DNA of 57,777 bases from a bacterium (GTDB lineage Bacteria > Patescibacteriota > Minisyncoccia > Phycocordibacterales > UBA2100), in the NCBI GenBank assembly GCA_038128225.1, contig JAYPJF010000001.1:318740-376516 (forward strand). The letters run 5' to 3'. The notes beneath the pieces were generated by a model, which saw only the letters and a program-made list of their open reading frames with translations, was not told where the DNA came from and ran no database searches. The first letter of the stretch is position 1. Each line of letters begins with the position of its first letter. Shown piece after piece: positions 25,816 to 35,397 of this stretch. A program made the position numbers and the translations under genes.

Positions 25816-27701
25816 ATGTCTTGTATATTTTTGCCGGTTCTCGGAGAGCAGCACGAGACGCTGGGCTTCGCACCCCTGATACTCCTTGGTACGGATTTAC
25901 ACATCTAAAAGACGATGGTGTAAACGCTCGTACATGCGAACCAGAACGGTATATACCGAGGATAATAACCCAACTGCTCGGGTTTCGGGGCAAACATGTG
26001 CTGATGTATTTTTGTGCTCGTTCGTACGACATCGTATTTGGCTCAGCGCTTATATACCCTGCACTATTGAAGCGAATGTTTGGCGGGCGCGCACACTATG
26101 TACTTTTTAATATCAGTACCACCCGGATGCTGCGCGAAGCGGGAGCATGGAACCGTCTTCTAATCCGTTTTGCTCTCAGAGGGATCGAGTGTGTTGTGTG
26201 TTTAAGTGAAGCGCAGCGCGCAGCATTTGTCGCGCTTGCTCCTGAGTGCGCAAATAAAACCCGTGTAGTCCATCTGGGAACCGATGTCGATTATTTCGAT
26301 TCGATACAAGTCGCCCGTTCATCTTTTGTGCTTGCAGCGGGGCGAGACAACGGCCGCGATTACCATACTGTATATGAAGTCGCGCGAGCGTTACCGGACA
26401 TTCAGTTTCGCATTGTGTGCAGTGCGCGAAACCTCAAAGGTTTGGGTGCCGTTCCGAATAATGTAACGATCATGCGCGACATTCCTCCAGAAACACTTGC
26501 CCAGTTATACAAAGAAGCGCGCGCACTTCTTCTGCTCACACATCCTGATCATCATGCAGATGGCGCTGACTGTTCTGGGCAAACAGTGCTTTTAGATGCT
26601 GGTGCCGCAAAAGTTCCTATTGTTGCAACCGACCGAACGTATATCCACGAGTACTTACCTGAAAGAGCTGTGCGATTGGTGCCGCCGTACGATGTGCAGG
26701 CAGTTATAGCTGCACTCGATACAATTACTGATTCTGACCAGGATGAGTATGCGCAGCGCGCCTACGCGCACATCCGTACACACCTCACGTCGCGCGGTAT
26801 GGCACACGAACTCGCGACACTTTTTACTGGTATGCGTGCACGATACGCGCCGTGCCCGCTTTGTGCATGTTCATCGTTTATCGATTCGTTTGTTGATCGA
26901 CATCATCACGCAAAGTACGGAAAATGTACTGCGTGCGCAACTATAGTTCTGGATCGGACTCTGTGGCCACAAAATGTCGACACACATTATGAGTCGTACT
27001 ATGACTCATCATTTGCGGGGCGTTCGTATGCGCTCGGGCACTTTTCGAGGCGCGCAGAGTTTGTACGGAGATTTATTCAACCAGGAGGATCAGTGTGCGA
27101 GATCGGCGCCGCTTCAGGAGAGGCGCTTCATGTATTAAAACAAGAGGGGTATGAAGTGGCGGGAGTCGAGCTTTCTCAACACGCAATTACTGAAGCCAAA
27201 GCGCACTACGGCATTGATCTGATCCACGGGACCATACACGATGCGCGATTTCCCGACGCTCTTTTTGATGTAGTCCTCATGCATCATGTATTTGAGCATC
27301 TTACGGACCCGCATGCGGCACTTGCAGAAGTGTGGCGCATTCTCAAACCTGGCGGCGTGGTGGTAATCGAAGTACCTAATCCGTATGGCATCGACGCCTG
27401 GTTTTCACGCAAAGCACTTCTGAGTATTCTTGATTATCCGCATCATACAGTGGCGGTTCCTCCTTCAGCGCTCAAGAGCTTTTTGGCGAAGCGTGGTTGG
27501 AATGTTGAGACGCTCCAGCACGCGGTTTCATTTTTGATTGTGCAAATATTTCGGCGGCCAAAACAAAAGCCAAGAGAGAAAAGAGAACGTAGCACGGTGC
27601 AGGCACAGAAAACGTTGTCATGGCGGACACGTGCCCGGACCCTTCTCGGATACTTTTTACCTGGTATGGCGTACACTGTAATTGCGCGTAAACCACGCTG
27701 A
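25812..27701 (+). CDS. GT4 glycosyltransferase fused to a Zn-ribbon class I methyltransferase
   Basis: N-terminal GT4 (AGRDNGRDY, SGQTVLLDA); CPLC..C..C, then EIGAASG..GVELS..HVFEHL.DP..LKPGG. Confidence 0.85.
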   Translation: MNVLYIFAGSRRAARDAGLRTPDTPWYGFTHLKDDGVNARTCEPERYIPRIITQLLGFRGKHVLMYFCARSYDIVFGSALIYPALLKRMFGGRAHYVLFNISTTRMLREAGAWNRLLIRFALRGIECVVCLSEAQRAAFVALAPECANKTRVVHLGTDVDYFDSIQVARSSFVLAAGRDNGRDYHTVYEVARALPDIQFRIVCSARNLKGLGAVPNNVTIMRDIPPETLAQLYKEARALLLLTHPDHHADGADCSGQTVLLDAGAAKVPIVATDRTYIHEYLPERAVRLVPPYDVQAVIAALDTITDSDQDEYAQRAYAHIRTHLTSRGMAHELATLFTGMRARYAPCPLCACSSFIDSFVDRHHHAKYGKCTACATIVLDRTLWPQNVDTHYESYYDSSFAGRSYALGHFSRRAEFVRRFIQPGGSVCEIGAASGEALHVLKQEGYEVAGVELSQHAITEAKAHYGIDLIHGTIHDARFPDALFDVVLMHHVFEHLTDPHAALAEVWRILKPGGVVVIEVPNPYGIDAWFSRKALLSILDYPHHTVAVPPSALKSFLAKRGWNVETLQHAVSFLIVQIFRRPKQKPREKRERSTVQAQKTLSWRTRARTLLGYFLPGMAYTVIARKPR

Positions 27702-27707
27702 TATTGT

Positions 27708-28838
27708 ATGCGTCTCGTCTATATCGTTAACGTAAAATTGCCGACCGTGAAAGGGTACGACGTTAATGTAACGAAAATGTGCGAGGCATTTGGGCGAATT
27801 GCCGATGTCGAGCTGGTTGTGCCAAAACGGCGGGGAATCACCGGCGATCCATTCTCCTATTACAATATCGCTGAAACATTTCGTATTGTTCGTGTGTACT
27901 CTCTCGATCTTCTTGAGTATGTGTATTGGCTTGGGTATTGGATGCAGACGATTACTTTTACCGTGAGCGCACTACTGCATCTTGCGCGATACAAGCGCGG
28001 CGAGATTCGCGTATATACGCGTGAGTATCTCATTGCGAGTATATGCCACACATTAGGGTACGATGTTGTGTACGAATGTCACCGTGTTTTGAGTAAGAAA
28101 ACACTTTTCTTTTGGTTGTTGCGTGGCGTCCCGTATGTCGTGACCAATTCGCAGGGAGTTGCGCATGAATTCGAAGCGAGAGGGTTTCCTCGTGTCTTGG
28201 CACAGCCCAATGGTGTTACTCTAGAAGAGTTTGCGAGCGGCGAAAGTAAACAGTATTTGCGTCAAAAACTCGACTTGCCGTCATTGCCGGAATTCATCGT
28301 TATGTATCTCGGCCATTTATATGCATGGAAAGGTGCCGACACCATCATTGGGCTTGCTGAGGCGTGTCGCGACCAACAGGGAGTTACATTTGTTTGCGTC
28401 GGTGGACTTGCATCTGATATTGGAAAGTACCAAACTCAGGCACGCCAAAAAAACCTCTGCAATATACGATTTGCGGGGCATGTGCCAAAACGCGAAACCC
28501 CATCATATCTCATGGCAGCAGACGCGCTTTTGTTGCCAAACAGCCCGGTAAGCGAGGAATCTGTCTCATACACGTCGCCTATTAAATTATTCGAGTACAT
28601 GGCGAGCAGGCGACCCATTATCGCATCGGACCTTCCGTCGATTCGAGAAATACTTTCTGAGAACTACGCGCTACTTGTGCCACCTGATAACGTACCGGCT
28701 TTTAGGGATGCGGTTTTGAAGCTGAAAAGAGATGAGTATTTTGGTGCAGAACTTGCTTCGCGCGCGTATGGGTTGGTCACCCAATATACGTGGCAGCGGC
28801 GCGCGGAGCGCATTATGGACTTTATCTCGACACCATGA
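27708..28838 (+). CDS. Glycosyltransferase family 4
   Basis: KMCEAF, QPNGV, SPIKLFEYMASRRPIIASDLPS. Confidence 0.92.
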   Translation: MRLVYIVNVKLPTVKGYDVNVTKMCEAFGRIADVELVVPKRRGITGDPFSYYNIAETFRIVRVYSLDLLEYVYWLGYWMQTITFTVSALLHLARYKRGEIRVYTREYLIASICHTLGYDVVYECHRVLSKKTLFFWLLRGVPYVVTNSQGVAHEFEARGFPRVLAQPNGVTLEEFASGESKQYLRQKLDLPSLPEFIVMYLGHLYAWKGADTIIGLAEACRDQQGVTFVCVGGLASDIGKYQTQARQKNLCNIRFAGHVPKRETPSYLMAADALLLPNSPVSEESVSYTSPIKLFEYMASRRPIIASDLPSIREILSENYALLVPPDNVPAFRDAVLKLKRDEYFGAELASRAYGLVTQYTWQRRAERIMDFISTP

Positions 28839-29554
28839 AAGGAATCATTTTGGCAGGTGGGAAAGGAACAAGACTTTTGCCTGCGACGCGGGTGATGAAC
28901 AAGCATATGATCCCGATACGCAATTACCCTATGATTTTGTATCCGTTATCGACCCTTGTTCGAGGGTTTGGGATACACGATATACTCATCGTTACAGGCG
29001 GCGATCATGTGGGGGCTTTTGCAGAGTTTCTCGGTGACGGTTCCGTATACGAAACGGCGCTTACGTATCGCGTACAAAAAGAAGCTGGCGGCATCGCGCA
29101 GGCTCTTTTGCTGGCAGAGGCGTTTTCGGGCGGGGAACAAGTTGTGGTTATTCTTGGAGACAATATTTTTGAGCATGAGCCTATACAGACCGAAGTGCTG
29201 TCGCGTGATCATGCCCACCTCTTTCTTAAGGATGTACCAGATCCCCAACGTTTTGGGGTCGCGACTCTTTCTGAGGGTAGAGTCAGTAGTATAGTCGAGA
29301 AACCCGTAACCCCTGAATCGCCATACGCTGTTACTGGGTTGTATGTATACCCACCAGACGTTTATGAGCGCATAAAAGTACTCAAACCTTCAGCAAGAAA
29401 CGAACTCGAGATCACTGATGTCAATAATTCGTATGTTGCGCAGAAGCGCTGTACTGCACATATACTTACCGGCTTTTGGTCAGATGCAGGAACTCCTGCG
29501 TCGCTTGCACGCACTATAGAATGGGCTGAAGAAGCTGCGCCTCCTTTCGAATAA
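28835..29554 (+). CDS. Sugar-1-phosphate nucleotidyltransferase (short RmlA/glucose-1-phosphate thymidylyltransferase type)
   Basis: MKGIILAGGKGTRL, VILGDNIF, EKP, PSARNELEITDVN, WSDAGT. Confidence 0.92.
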   Translation: MKGIILAGGKGTRLLPATRVMNKHMIPIRNYPMILYPLSTLVRGFGIHDILIVTGGDHVGAFAEFLGDGSVYETALTYRVQKEAGGIAQALLLAEAFSGGEQVVVILGDNIFEHEPIQTEVLSRDHAHLFLKDVPDPQRFGVATLSEGRVSSIVEKPVTPESPYAVTGLYVYPPDVYERIKVLKPSARNELEITDVNNSYVAQKRCTAHILTGFWSDAGTPASLARTIEWAEEAAPPFE

Positions 29555-29580
29555 GGTTTTTTTGTGGTTTAATCACGGCC

Positions 29581-30498
29581 ATGAGCCAGCTTTCGATCGT
29601 CATCCCAGTTTATAACGAGCGCGAATCTTTGGCGCCCCTACACAAAGAGATTCAGGGAATACTTGATCCTCTTGGTATTTCATACGAAATACTCTATATC
29701 GATGATGGGTCAACTGATGGAAGCAGGCAGGTGCTCAACGGGTTGCCTGGTGCGCGTGTACTTACCTTCACCAGAAACTTTGGAAAATCCCAAGCATTGC
29801 AGGCAGGGTTTGATGCAGCAGAAGGTGAGTACATCATCACTATGGACGGTGATTTGCAAGACGACCCACACGAGATCCCACATTTTATCAACACGATCGA
29901 AACTCAACCGCTAGACTTAGTATGTGGGTGGAAACAGAAGCGGGCCGATCCGGTAACAAAAAAAATCGCATCCAAAATCGCAAATACAGTAACGCAGTTC
30001 ATCACGGGAGTTGCGGTTCATGATATGAATTGCTGTTTTAAACTCTATCGAAAAGATGTGGCAAAACAACTCGTGTTGTATGGTGATATGCATCGTTTTA
30101 TTCCAGCCGTAGTTGCTGCAATGGGGTACCGTGTAGGAGAAATCCCGGTGCATCATCGTGCCCGCCTCTATGGTGTTTCTAAGTATGGTATTGGACGGCT
30201 TGTGACGAGCCTGTTCGACTTTTTCACACTCGTATTTGTTCGCAAGTTTCTTGATCGGCCGATGCATTTTTTTGGCAGCGTGGGGCTTGTTTCCGGAGCA
30301 TTAGGATTTTTTGTGCTTGTGTATCTTACATATCAAAAAGTATTTGAAGGGGCACTGATTGGGAATCGCCCGCTTTTGTTGTTTGGGGTACTTGCGATGG
30401 TGGTGGGTGTACAATTGTTTTCATTCGGACTAATGGGTGAGTTGGTGATTCGGCAGCGTGCACGTTCAGAACGTTCGTACATGCTCAGGACACCATGA
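29581..30498 (+). CDS. GT2 polyprenol-phosphate glycosyltransferase (ArnC/GtrB/DPM-synthase-like)
   Basis: SIVIPVYNE, IDDGSTD, RNFGKS.AL..G, MDGDLQDDP, MHRFIP; two C-terminal TM helices. Confidence 0.93.
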   Translation: MSQLSIVIPVYNERESLAPLHKEIQGILDPLGISYEILYIDDGSTDGSRQVLNGLPGARVLTFTRNFGKSQALQAGFDAAEGEYIITMDGDLQDDPHEIPHFINTIETQPLDLVCGWKQKRADPVTKKIASKIANTVTQFITGVAVHDMNCCFKLYRKDVAKQLVLYGDMHRFIPAVVAAMGYRVGEIPVHHRARLYGVSKYGIGRLVTSLFDFFTLVFVRKFLDRPMHFFGSVGLVSGALGFFVLVYLTYQKVFEGALIGNRPLLLFGVLAMVVGVQLFSFGLMGELVIRQRARSERSYMLRTP

Positions 30499-31835
30499 AA
30501 GACTTTCTTGATACAATCTCCGCACGTAAAAGCATTCGTAGTTTTGCCGCGACTCCTGTACCTCGTGAGGTGGTTGAGAACATCCTCAAAGTTGCAGTAC
30601 AGGCGCCAACGAATTGTAATCAGCAACTATGGAATTTCATCGTTATTGATGACAGTAGTCTGAAGGAGCGCCTCATACACGAGGCTGCGGGCAATACGAT
30701 GTTTCGACGCGCACCCGTGCTAATCGTCGTTACGTATGACAATTGGAATTACAAGGAAGCGATTCAGGGCGCGAGCCTTGCTGTTGGTCATATAATTCTT
30801 GCGGCTGCGTATTTTGGTCTAGGCGGGTCGCCATTAAATAGTTTTGGGGCCGAATCAAAAGTGAAGCGGATTTTAGGTATTCCTGACTCAGAAACAATCT
30901 GCTGTTTTGTAACACTCGGATATCCAGACGAGCGCGCACAGAAAGCGCCCCCGGTGCCGCGTAAGGATGCGCAGTCGGTCACCCATTGGAACGGTTTTGA
31001 AAAACGAGTCACGCCATCGTTTTCGTACAATCCAGAAAAGTGGACAAGCGAAACACTTTCAGAACACCAACGACACTACTGTCGAAAAACTTTTTTAGGG
31101 AAAGAGATGGATCTTGCAGGGTACTGGGAACGGGCGCTCGTTGAGCACACGCTTGCGCCGCGCACTCCGCCGTTTCTAAACATATTTTCGTATGACGGTA
31201 GCTACAGCAGCCATTTTCCAGAAGGTGAACTACACACACTTGATCTCACCGAAGAAACCGCAGCGTATTCAAAAGCAGCAGCGGTGCTTAAAGAGCGCAC
31301 GGTAGTCACGCATGTGTATACCGAGGCACACGATGTGCTGCCTGGCGCTCCGCACACCATTACACTACTGTATAAACGTGAACGTATTCCTCGTGCTTTA
31401 TTTCAACGCGTATGTGCGCAAGCGTACCGTACGCTTCCGATGGGGGGTACGTTTGTCATCGTTGCCCGGAAACGATTCTCACTACTGAGCCCTTTCTTTG
31501 CGCTCTTGGCACTTGCATTTGGCACTGATGTGCGCAAAACGGGCATCTACGCATTCTGGGGGCCGTATCGCCCCATTGTATTGCAACAGACGATACGTGA
31601 TCTAAAAACGGTAGGGTTTCAGACATCATGGTCGGGATATTTTGCATTTCCTGCTTTTTTCGAACAGGTGTATCAGATGGCGGTGCAATATATTCGGAGC
31701 GAAGGTTCGAGCTATCTACACCGAGAAAGGCGTGATGATTTAGTGAGCCGAAGTATCGCGGGGATACTCAAAGCACAAGGCTTTCTGCGGTGCGGGTGGC
31801 TCGGCTCAGTTGTTGTTATCGTATGCAAAAAGTAA
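30495..31835 (+). CDS. Nitroreductase-family domain fused to a degenerate methyltransferase-like domain
   Basis: RKSIRSF..QAPTNCNQQLW.F, LGYP. The C-terminal half has a Rossmann-like pattern (..LPMGGTFVI..). Confidence 0.75.
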   Translation: MKDFLDTISARKSIRSFAATPVPREVVENILKVAVQAPTNCNQQLWNFIVIDDSSLKERLIHEAAGNTMFRRAPVLIVVTYDNWNYKEAIQGASLAVGHIILAAAYFGLGGSPLNSFGAESKVKRILGIPDSETICCFVTLGYPDERAQKAPPVPRKDAQSVTHWNGFEKRVTPSFSYNPEKWTSETLSEHQRHYCRKTFLGKEMDLAGYWERALVEHTLAPRTPPFLNIFSYDGSYSSHFPEGELHTLDLTEETAAYSKAAAVLKERTVVTHVYTEAHDVLPGAPHTITLLYKRERIPRALFQRVCAQAYRTLPMGGTFVIVARKRFSLLSPFFALLALAFGTDVRKTGIYAFWGPYRPIVLQQTIRDLKTVGFQTSWSGYFAFPAFFEQVYQMAVQYIRSEGSSYLHRERRDDLVSRSIAGILKAQGFLRCGWLGSVVVIVCKK

Positions 31836-33394
31836 ATCCATTTCTACAGAGTGCGCTTCAAGAAGTCCCGCGCCTCCTTGGAAATATCGACCGCAATCCA
31901 CTCTCGAAAACATACGGGGCGGCGGATCGTGCGTATTGGTTATATCGCACAAACACGATTAACTCGGCGCGGTATCAAGAAGCTATTTTTACGCTGGCGC
32001 TTTTGTATACAAGACCGTTTGAAGGAAATGTTTGGCATCGACATCGTGAGCTTGGAGAGTGGATTCGCGCGATGGCACGCTTTACCATCACGCTACAGCA
32101 GAGCGACGGGTCGTTTGATGAATGGTACCCACACGAAGGCTCTTTTGTGTGTACTGCATTTGTAACGGCCGCTTTAGCGGAATCAGTACGGGCAGTACCT
32201 GAACTTTTTTCCGATATACCCATCGAGGCCGTACTTCGCAAAAGTGCAACATGGCTCATGGCACACAATGAGAAAGAGGTGTGTAACCAGCTCGCTGGTG
32301 CAATCACGGCGCTTGAACTCGTGGCACAAATCACCAAGGAGAAAGCTTTTGCTGAGGCTGCTCAAAATAAATTTGAACAGTTACGCATGCTCCAAAGTAC
32401 AGAGGGGTGGTGGCCAGAATATGGCGGCCCAGACATTGGGTATTTGACACTCACCATCGAATATCTGAGTCGCTATTGGGAACTCACTAAGGATGTGCGT
32501 GCGCGCGAGGCGCTTGATCGAGCGATTGTGTTTGTTTCGTATTTTCTCACCCCCGATGGCACTGCGGGTGGTGAATGTTTTGCGCGCAATACGGAGTACG
32601 TTATTCCGTCGGGGTTTGCGCGCATGGCATCAGTGAACGATGATGCTCATCGTGTCGCCGCGTACTGTGAACAAATTCTTAATGAAGGGGCAGGTATTAC
32701 CCCGCGTGTACTCGATGATCGGTATACATGCTACATGCTCTCAAATTGGTTGCATGCAGGCTTGCTTTATACACCACGCACGTGCGCTGCGCCGCAACCT
32801 ATTACGATGTTTTTTTCTCACGCAGGCGTATTTGTTGAGCACAATGAAAAGCGAATGATTGTATGCAATGTAAAAAAAGGCGGTAGTTTTCGCATTTATC
32901 ATGATGTGAGGCGGGTTGTTGATGCGGGTATGGCGATTAGACAGGGGCAGAAGATTTTAAGTGCGCAAGTGCTCGGGAGCACGGGTGAGTACACGGGCGA
33001 GAAACTCATTATTTGTGGGAATTTCGTGCATATGAAAACACGCACTATGACGCCACTAGTATACGTTGTTTTGTTTGTTTTTCAGTTTACCGTAGGGCGC
33101 ATACCCATGGTCCAGCGGTTTTTAAAACAAACGCTGCGACGCGTACTTATTCGGATGCGAGGTGCTTCCCGCACTGTCTATATGCGTACGATTTCCTTGT
33201 TGCCTACGTCAGTTGTTATCGAAGATGAGGTGGCAGTTACAGAAGGAGAAGTGCTTATAGGCGAACGTGGCGTGTTTGCGCTTGTGCCAAGCACACGGTA
33301 CGAGCTGGTGTCTCAGCCACACATACTCACTGCAAAAGAATCTCGAGTAGAAGAGAAGGGCACCATTCGCATTACTCGGACTTTTAACACATAA
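31823..33394 (+). CDS. Hypothetical alpha/alpha-barrel (toroid) protein
   Basis: DRNP.S.TYG..DR.YW, Q.SDGSFDEWYP, Q..EGWWPEYGGPDIGY; repeated helical hairpin/QW-like pattern. Confidence 0.7.
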   Translation: MQKVNPFLQSALQEVPRLLGNIDRNPLSKTYGAADRAYWLYRTNTINSARYQEAIFTLALLYTRPFEGNVWHRHRELGEWIRAMARFTITLQQSDGSFDEWYPHEGSFVCTAFVTAALAESVRAVPELFSDIPIEAVLRKSATWLMAHNEKEVCNQLAGAITALELVAQITKEKAFAEAAQNKFEQLRMLQSTEGWWPEYGGPDIGYLTLTIEYLSRYWELTKDVRAREALDRAIVFVSYFLTPDGTAGGECFARNTEYVIPSGFARMASVNDDAHRVAAYCEQILNEGAGITPRVLDDRYTCYMLSNWLHAGLLYTPRTCAAPQPITMFFSHAGVFVEHNEKRMIVCNVKKGGSFRIYHDVRRVVDAGMAIRQGQKILSAQVLGSTGEYTGEKLIICGNFVHMKTRTMTPLVYVVLFVFQFTVGRIPMVQRFLKQTLRRVLIRMRGASRTVYMRTISLLPTSVVIEDEVAVTEGEVLIGERGVFALVPSTRYELVSQPHILTAKESRVEEKGTIRITRTFNT

Positions 33395-33401
33395 TGTTTC
33401 T

Positions 33402-33686
33402 ATGGGTGGTATTCCAATCGATTGGTGGATAATACTCGGCTTTGCGGGGCAAGGTCTCTTTTTCATGCGTTTTCTCGTGCAGTGGATTAGTTCTGAGCGC
33501 AAAGGAGAGAGTGTGGTACCGGTCTACTTTTGGTATTTCAGCATCGCGGGTGCTCTCGTCATTCTTGTCTATGCATGGCATCAGCAAGACCCGGTGTTTA
33601 TTGTAGGGCAAGCGTCCGCACTCCTCATTTATATCCGCAATCTCATGCTCATTCATAAACAAAACCATGCAACGCCTGCTGCATAA
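33402..33686 (+). CDS. Lipid-A-disaccharide synthase N-terminal (LAB_N)-domain membrane protein
   Basis: LGFAGQ.LFFMRFLVQWI.SE.K.ESVVP.YFWYFSI.G...L.YA...DPVFI.GQ. Confidence 0.9.
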   Translation: MGGIPIDWWIILGFAGQGLFFMRFLVQWISSERKGESVVPVYFWYFSIAGALVILVYAWHQQDPVFIVGQASALLIYIRNLMLIHKQNHATPAA

Positions 33687-35397
33687 TCTCGTCAGACCAG
33701 AATTCGTACTCGGCGCGCTGCTTGTGGCGTGCTTTTTCCTTTTCTGCATAGGAGTGTTGTTTGCTTTCGGCTTTCCGGGTGCCGTGGGAGACGAAACAGT
33801 GACCACAAGCGCTGTACTTAAAATGATTTCGAAGCCGTCACTCACCCCAAACGATCCATTCAACTACCATATGGCATTACCAGCATACGTGTACCTCCCA
33901 TTTTTCGTGCTTACGCTCGCGTCATTACTTATGGTAGGTGTTTTTGACAGCGTTGCCGATCTTGCAGTATATGGGGCAATTCACTGGACACAGTTTGTGG
34001 TGATTGGGCGGATGATTTCTATTGCCGCAAGCATACTCAGTTTGTATGTATTGTTTGTGTTTGCGAAGCGCATTGTCGGTGTATGGGCGGCGCTCCTTAC
34101 TGTTTTTTTCACCGGGACACACCTCTTGTTTGTGATGAGTGCTCATTTTGGACAAGTTTGGTCACTCCAGATGTGTGCCCTTATGGCGGCGTTTGTAACA
34201 ATTGCGTGGCTCTATGAATCTGAGGCGCCACGCTACAAACATTATTTGGTAACAGGGGGTTCCGTTGCGTGCGCTTTTGGTATGCATGTGATTGGCATTA
34301 TCGCCGCCGCGCCGTTTTTTGTGGCGCACTTTCTGAAAGAAAAGAATCTATTCAAAGCACTTACTCATCGTGGTTTTCTCGCCGCGGCGGGAATCGTACT
34401 TGTGGCGATTCCTGTGATGTACACGCTAAATCCGTATGGTTTCTCAAATTACACGAATCGTATTATGCACGCGCTCGGTACATTCGTGGGTGGGGTGCCC
34501 GCGGCTGATGTCGGCGCCTCTGCGACGTGGATTGAAAAATGGACGACGTACGCAGTTATTCTTTGGGAGTATCAGCCACTTGTGTGTGTATTGGCGATTA
34601 TCGGTGCTTTTTTGTTGTACCGGAGAGAGAGGGGCTGGAGTTTAATTCTCGCCTCATTTGTCGTCGTCTACTACATAGTGATCGGGCCTATTATGGGTGG
34701 TGGTGGGCTCTTGTTTGAGCCGCGATTTATTTTGCCGTTACTCCCAATACTTTCCCTCTACGCAGCGGTTGCGCTACAAGCGTATGCGGCACACGTTCCC
34801 CGATTGGTGGCAGCAAGTACTGTGGTAATTGTATGTGCAGTATCGCTTTTTCCGGCGGTGGTGTGGGACGCGCGCATTGCCGGTGCGTACACATCAGTTG
34901 AGGCGCGCGACTGGGTCGAGACACATATCCCTGCAGGTGCGCGCATTATGTATTTTGATTTTGGAAGCCCTACATTACCTTTACATGAAAGTGTGGAAAC
35001 GTTGGAGCAAATTGCGCGTACAAGCCCGACGTTTATGACAACTGCGCGAGAGTATCTTCGCACTCATGACGCGCACCGCAATTCCTTGCAGCCAGCATAT
35101 ACGATTGTCAACATGAATCACTTTTGGAAGCGCGATTTTCCAGAGGAATTGGCACGCGAGAAGTACGATTACGCAATTCTTGCGTGGTGGGATCACGATC
35201 GGCGTGTAATGGTTGAGAACCAACTTGCGGTAAGCGGTATTGATCTTGGAGACGCTATACGATTGATACGTTTTCCTGAGAACGCAACAGAAGCGACACA
35301 GGGCCTCAATATTTTGGGACGTATGCGCGAGCCACTGAAGACACTTCTTGTGCCACAAACACCTGGCCCGATTATTGAAATCTATCGGCTGCCATGA
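33667..35397 (+). CDS. GT-C fold membrane glycosyltransferase (ArnT/PMT-like)
   Basis: About 12 TM segments, N-terminal acidic loop (VGDE), GRMIS, EPRFILP, soluble C-terminal domain. Confidence 0.78.
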   Translation: MQRLLHNLVRPEFVLGALLVACFFLFCIGVLFAFGFPGAVGDETVTTSAVLKMISKPSLTPNDPFNYHMALPAYVYLPFFVLTLASLLMVGVFDSVADLAVYGAIHWTQFVVIGRMISIAASILSLYVLFVFAKRIVGVWAALLTVFFTGTHLLFVMSAHFGQVWSLQMCALMAAFVTIAWLYESEAPRYKHYLVTGGSVACAFGMHVIGIIAAAPFFVAHFLKEKNLFKALTHRGFLAAAGIVLVAIPVMYTLNPYGFSNYTNRIMHALGTFVGGVPAADVGASATWIEKWTTYAVILWEYQPLVCVLAIIGAFLLYRRERGWSLILASFVVVYYIVIGPIMGGGGLLFEPRFILPLLPILSLYAAVALQAYAAHVPRLVAASTVVIVCAVSLFPAVVWDARIAGAYTSVEARDWVETHIPAGARIMYFDFGSPTLPLHESVETLEQIARTSPTFMTTAREYLRTHDAHRNSLQPAYTIVNMNHFWKRDFPEELAREKYDYAILAWWDHDRRVMVENQLAVSGIDLGDAIRLIRFPENATEATQGLNILGRMREPLKTLLVPQTPGPIIEIYRLP

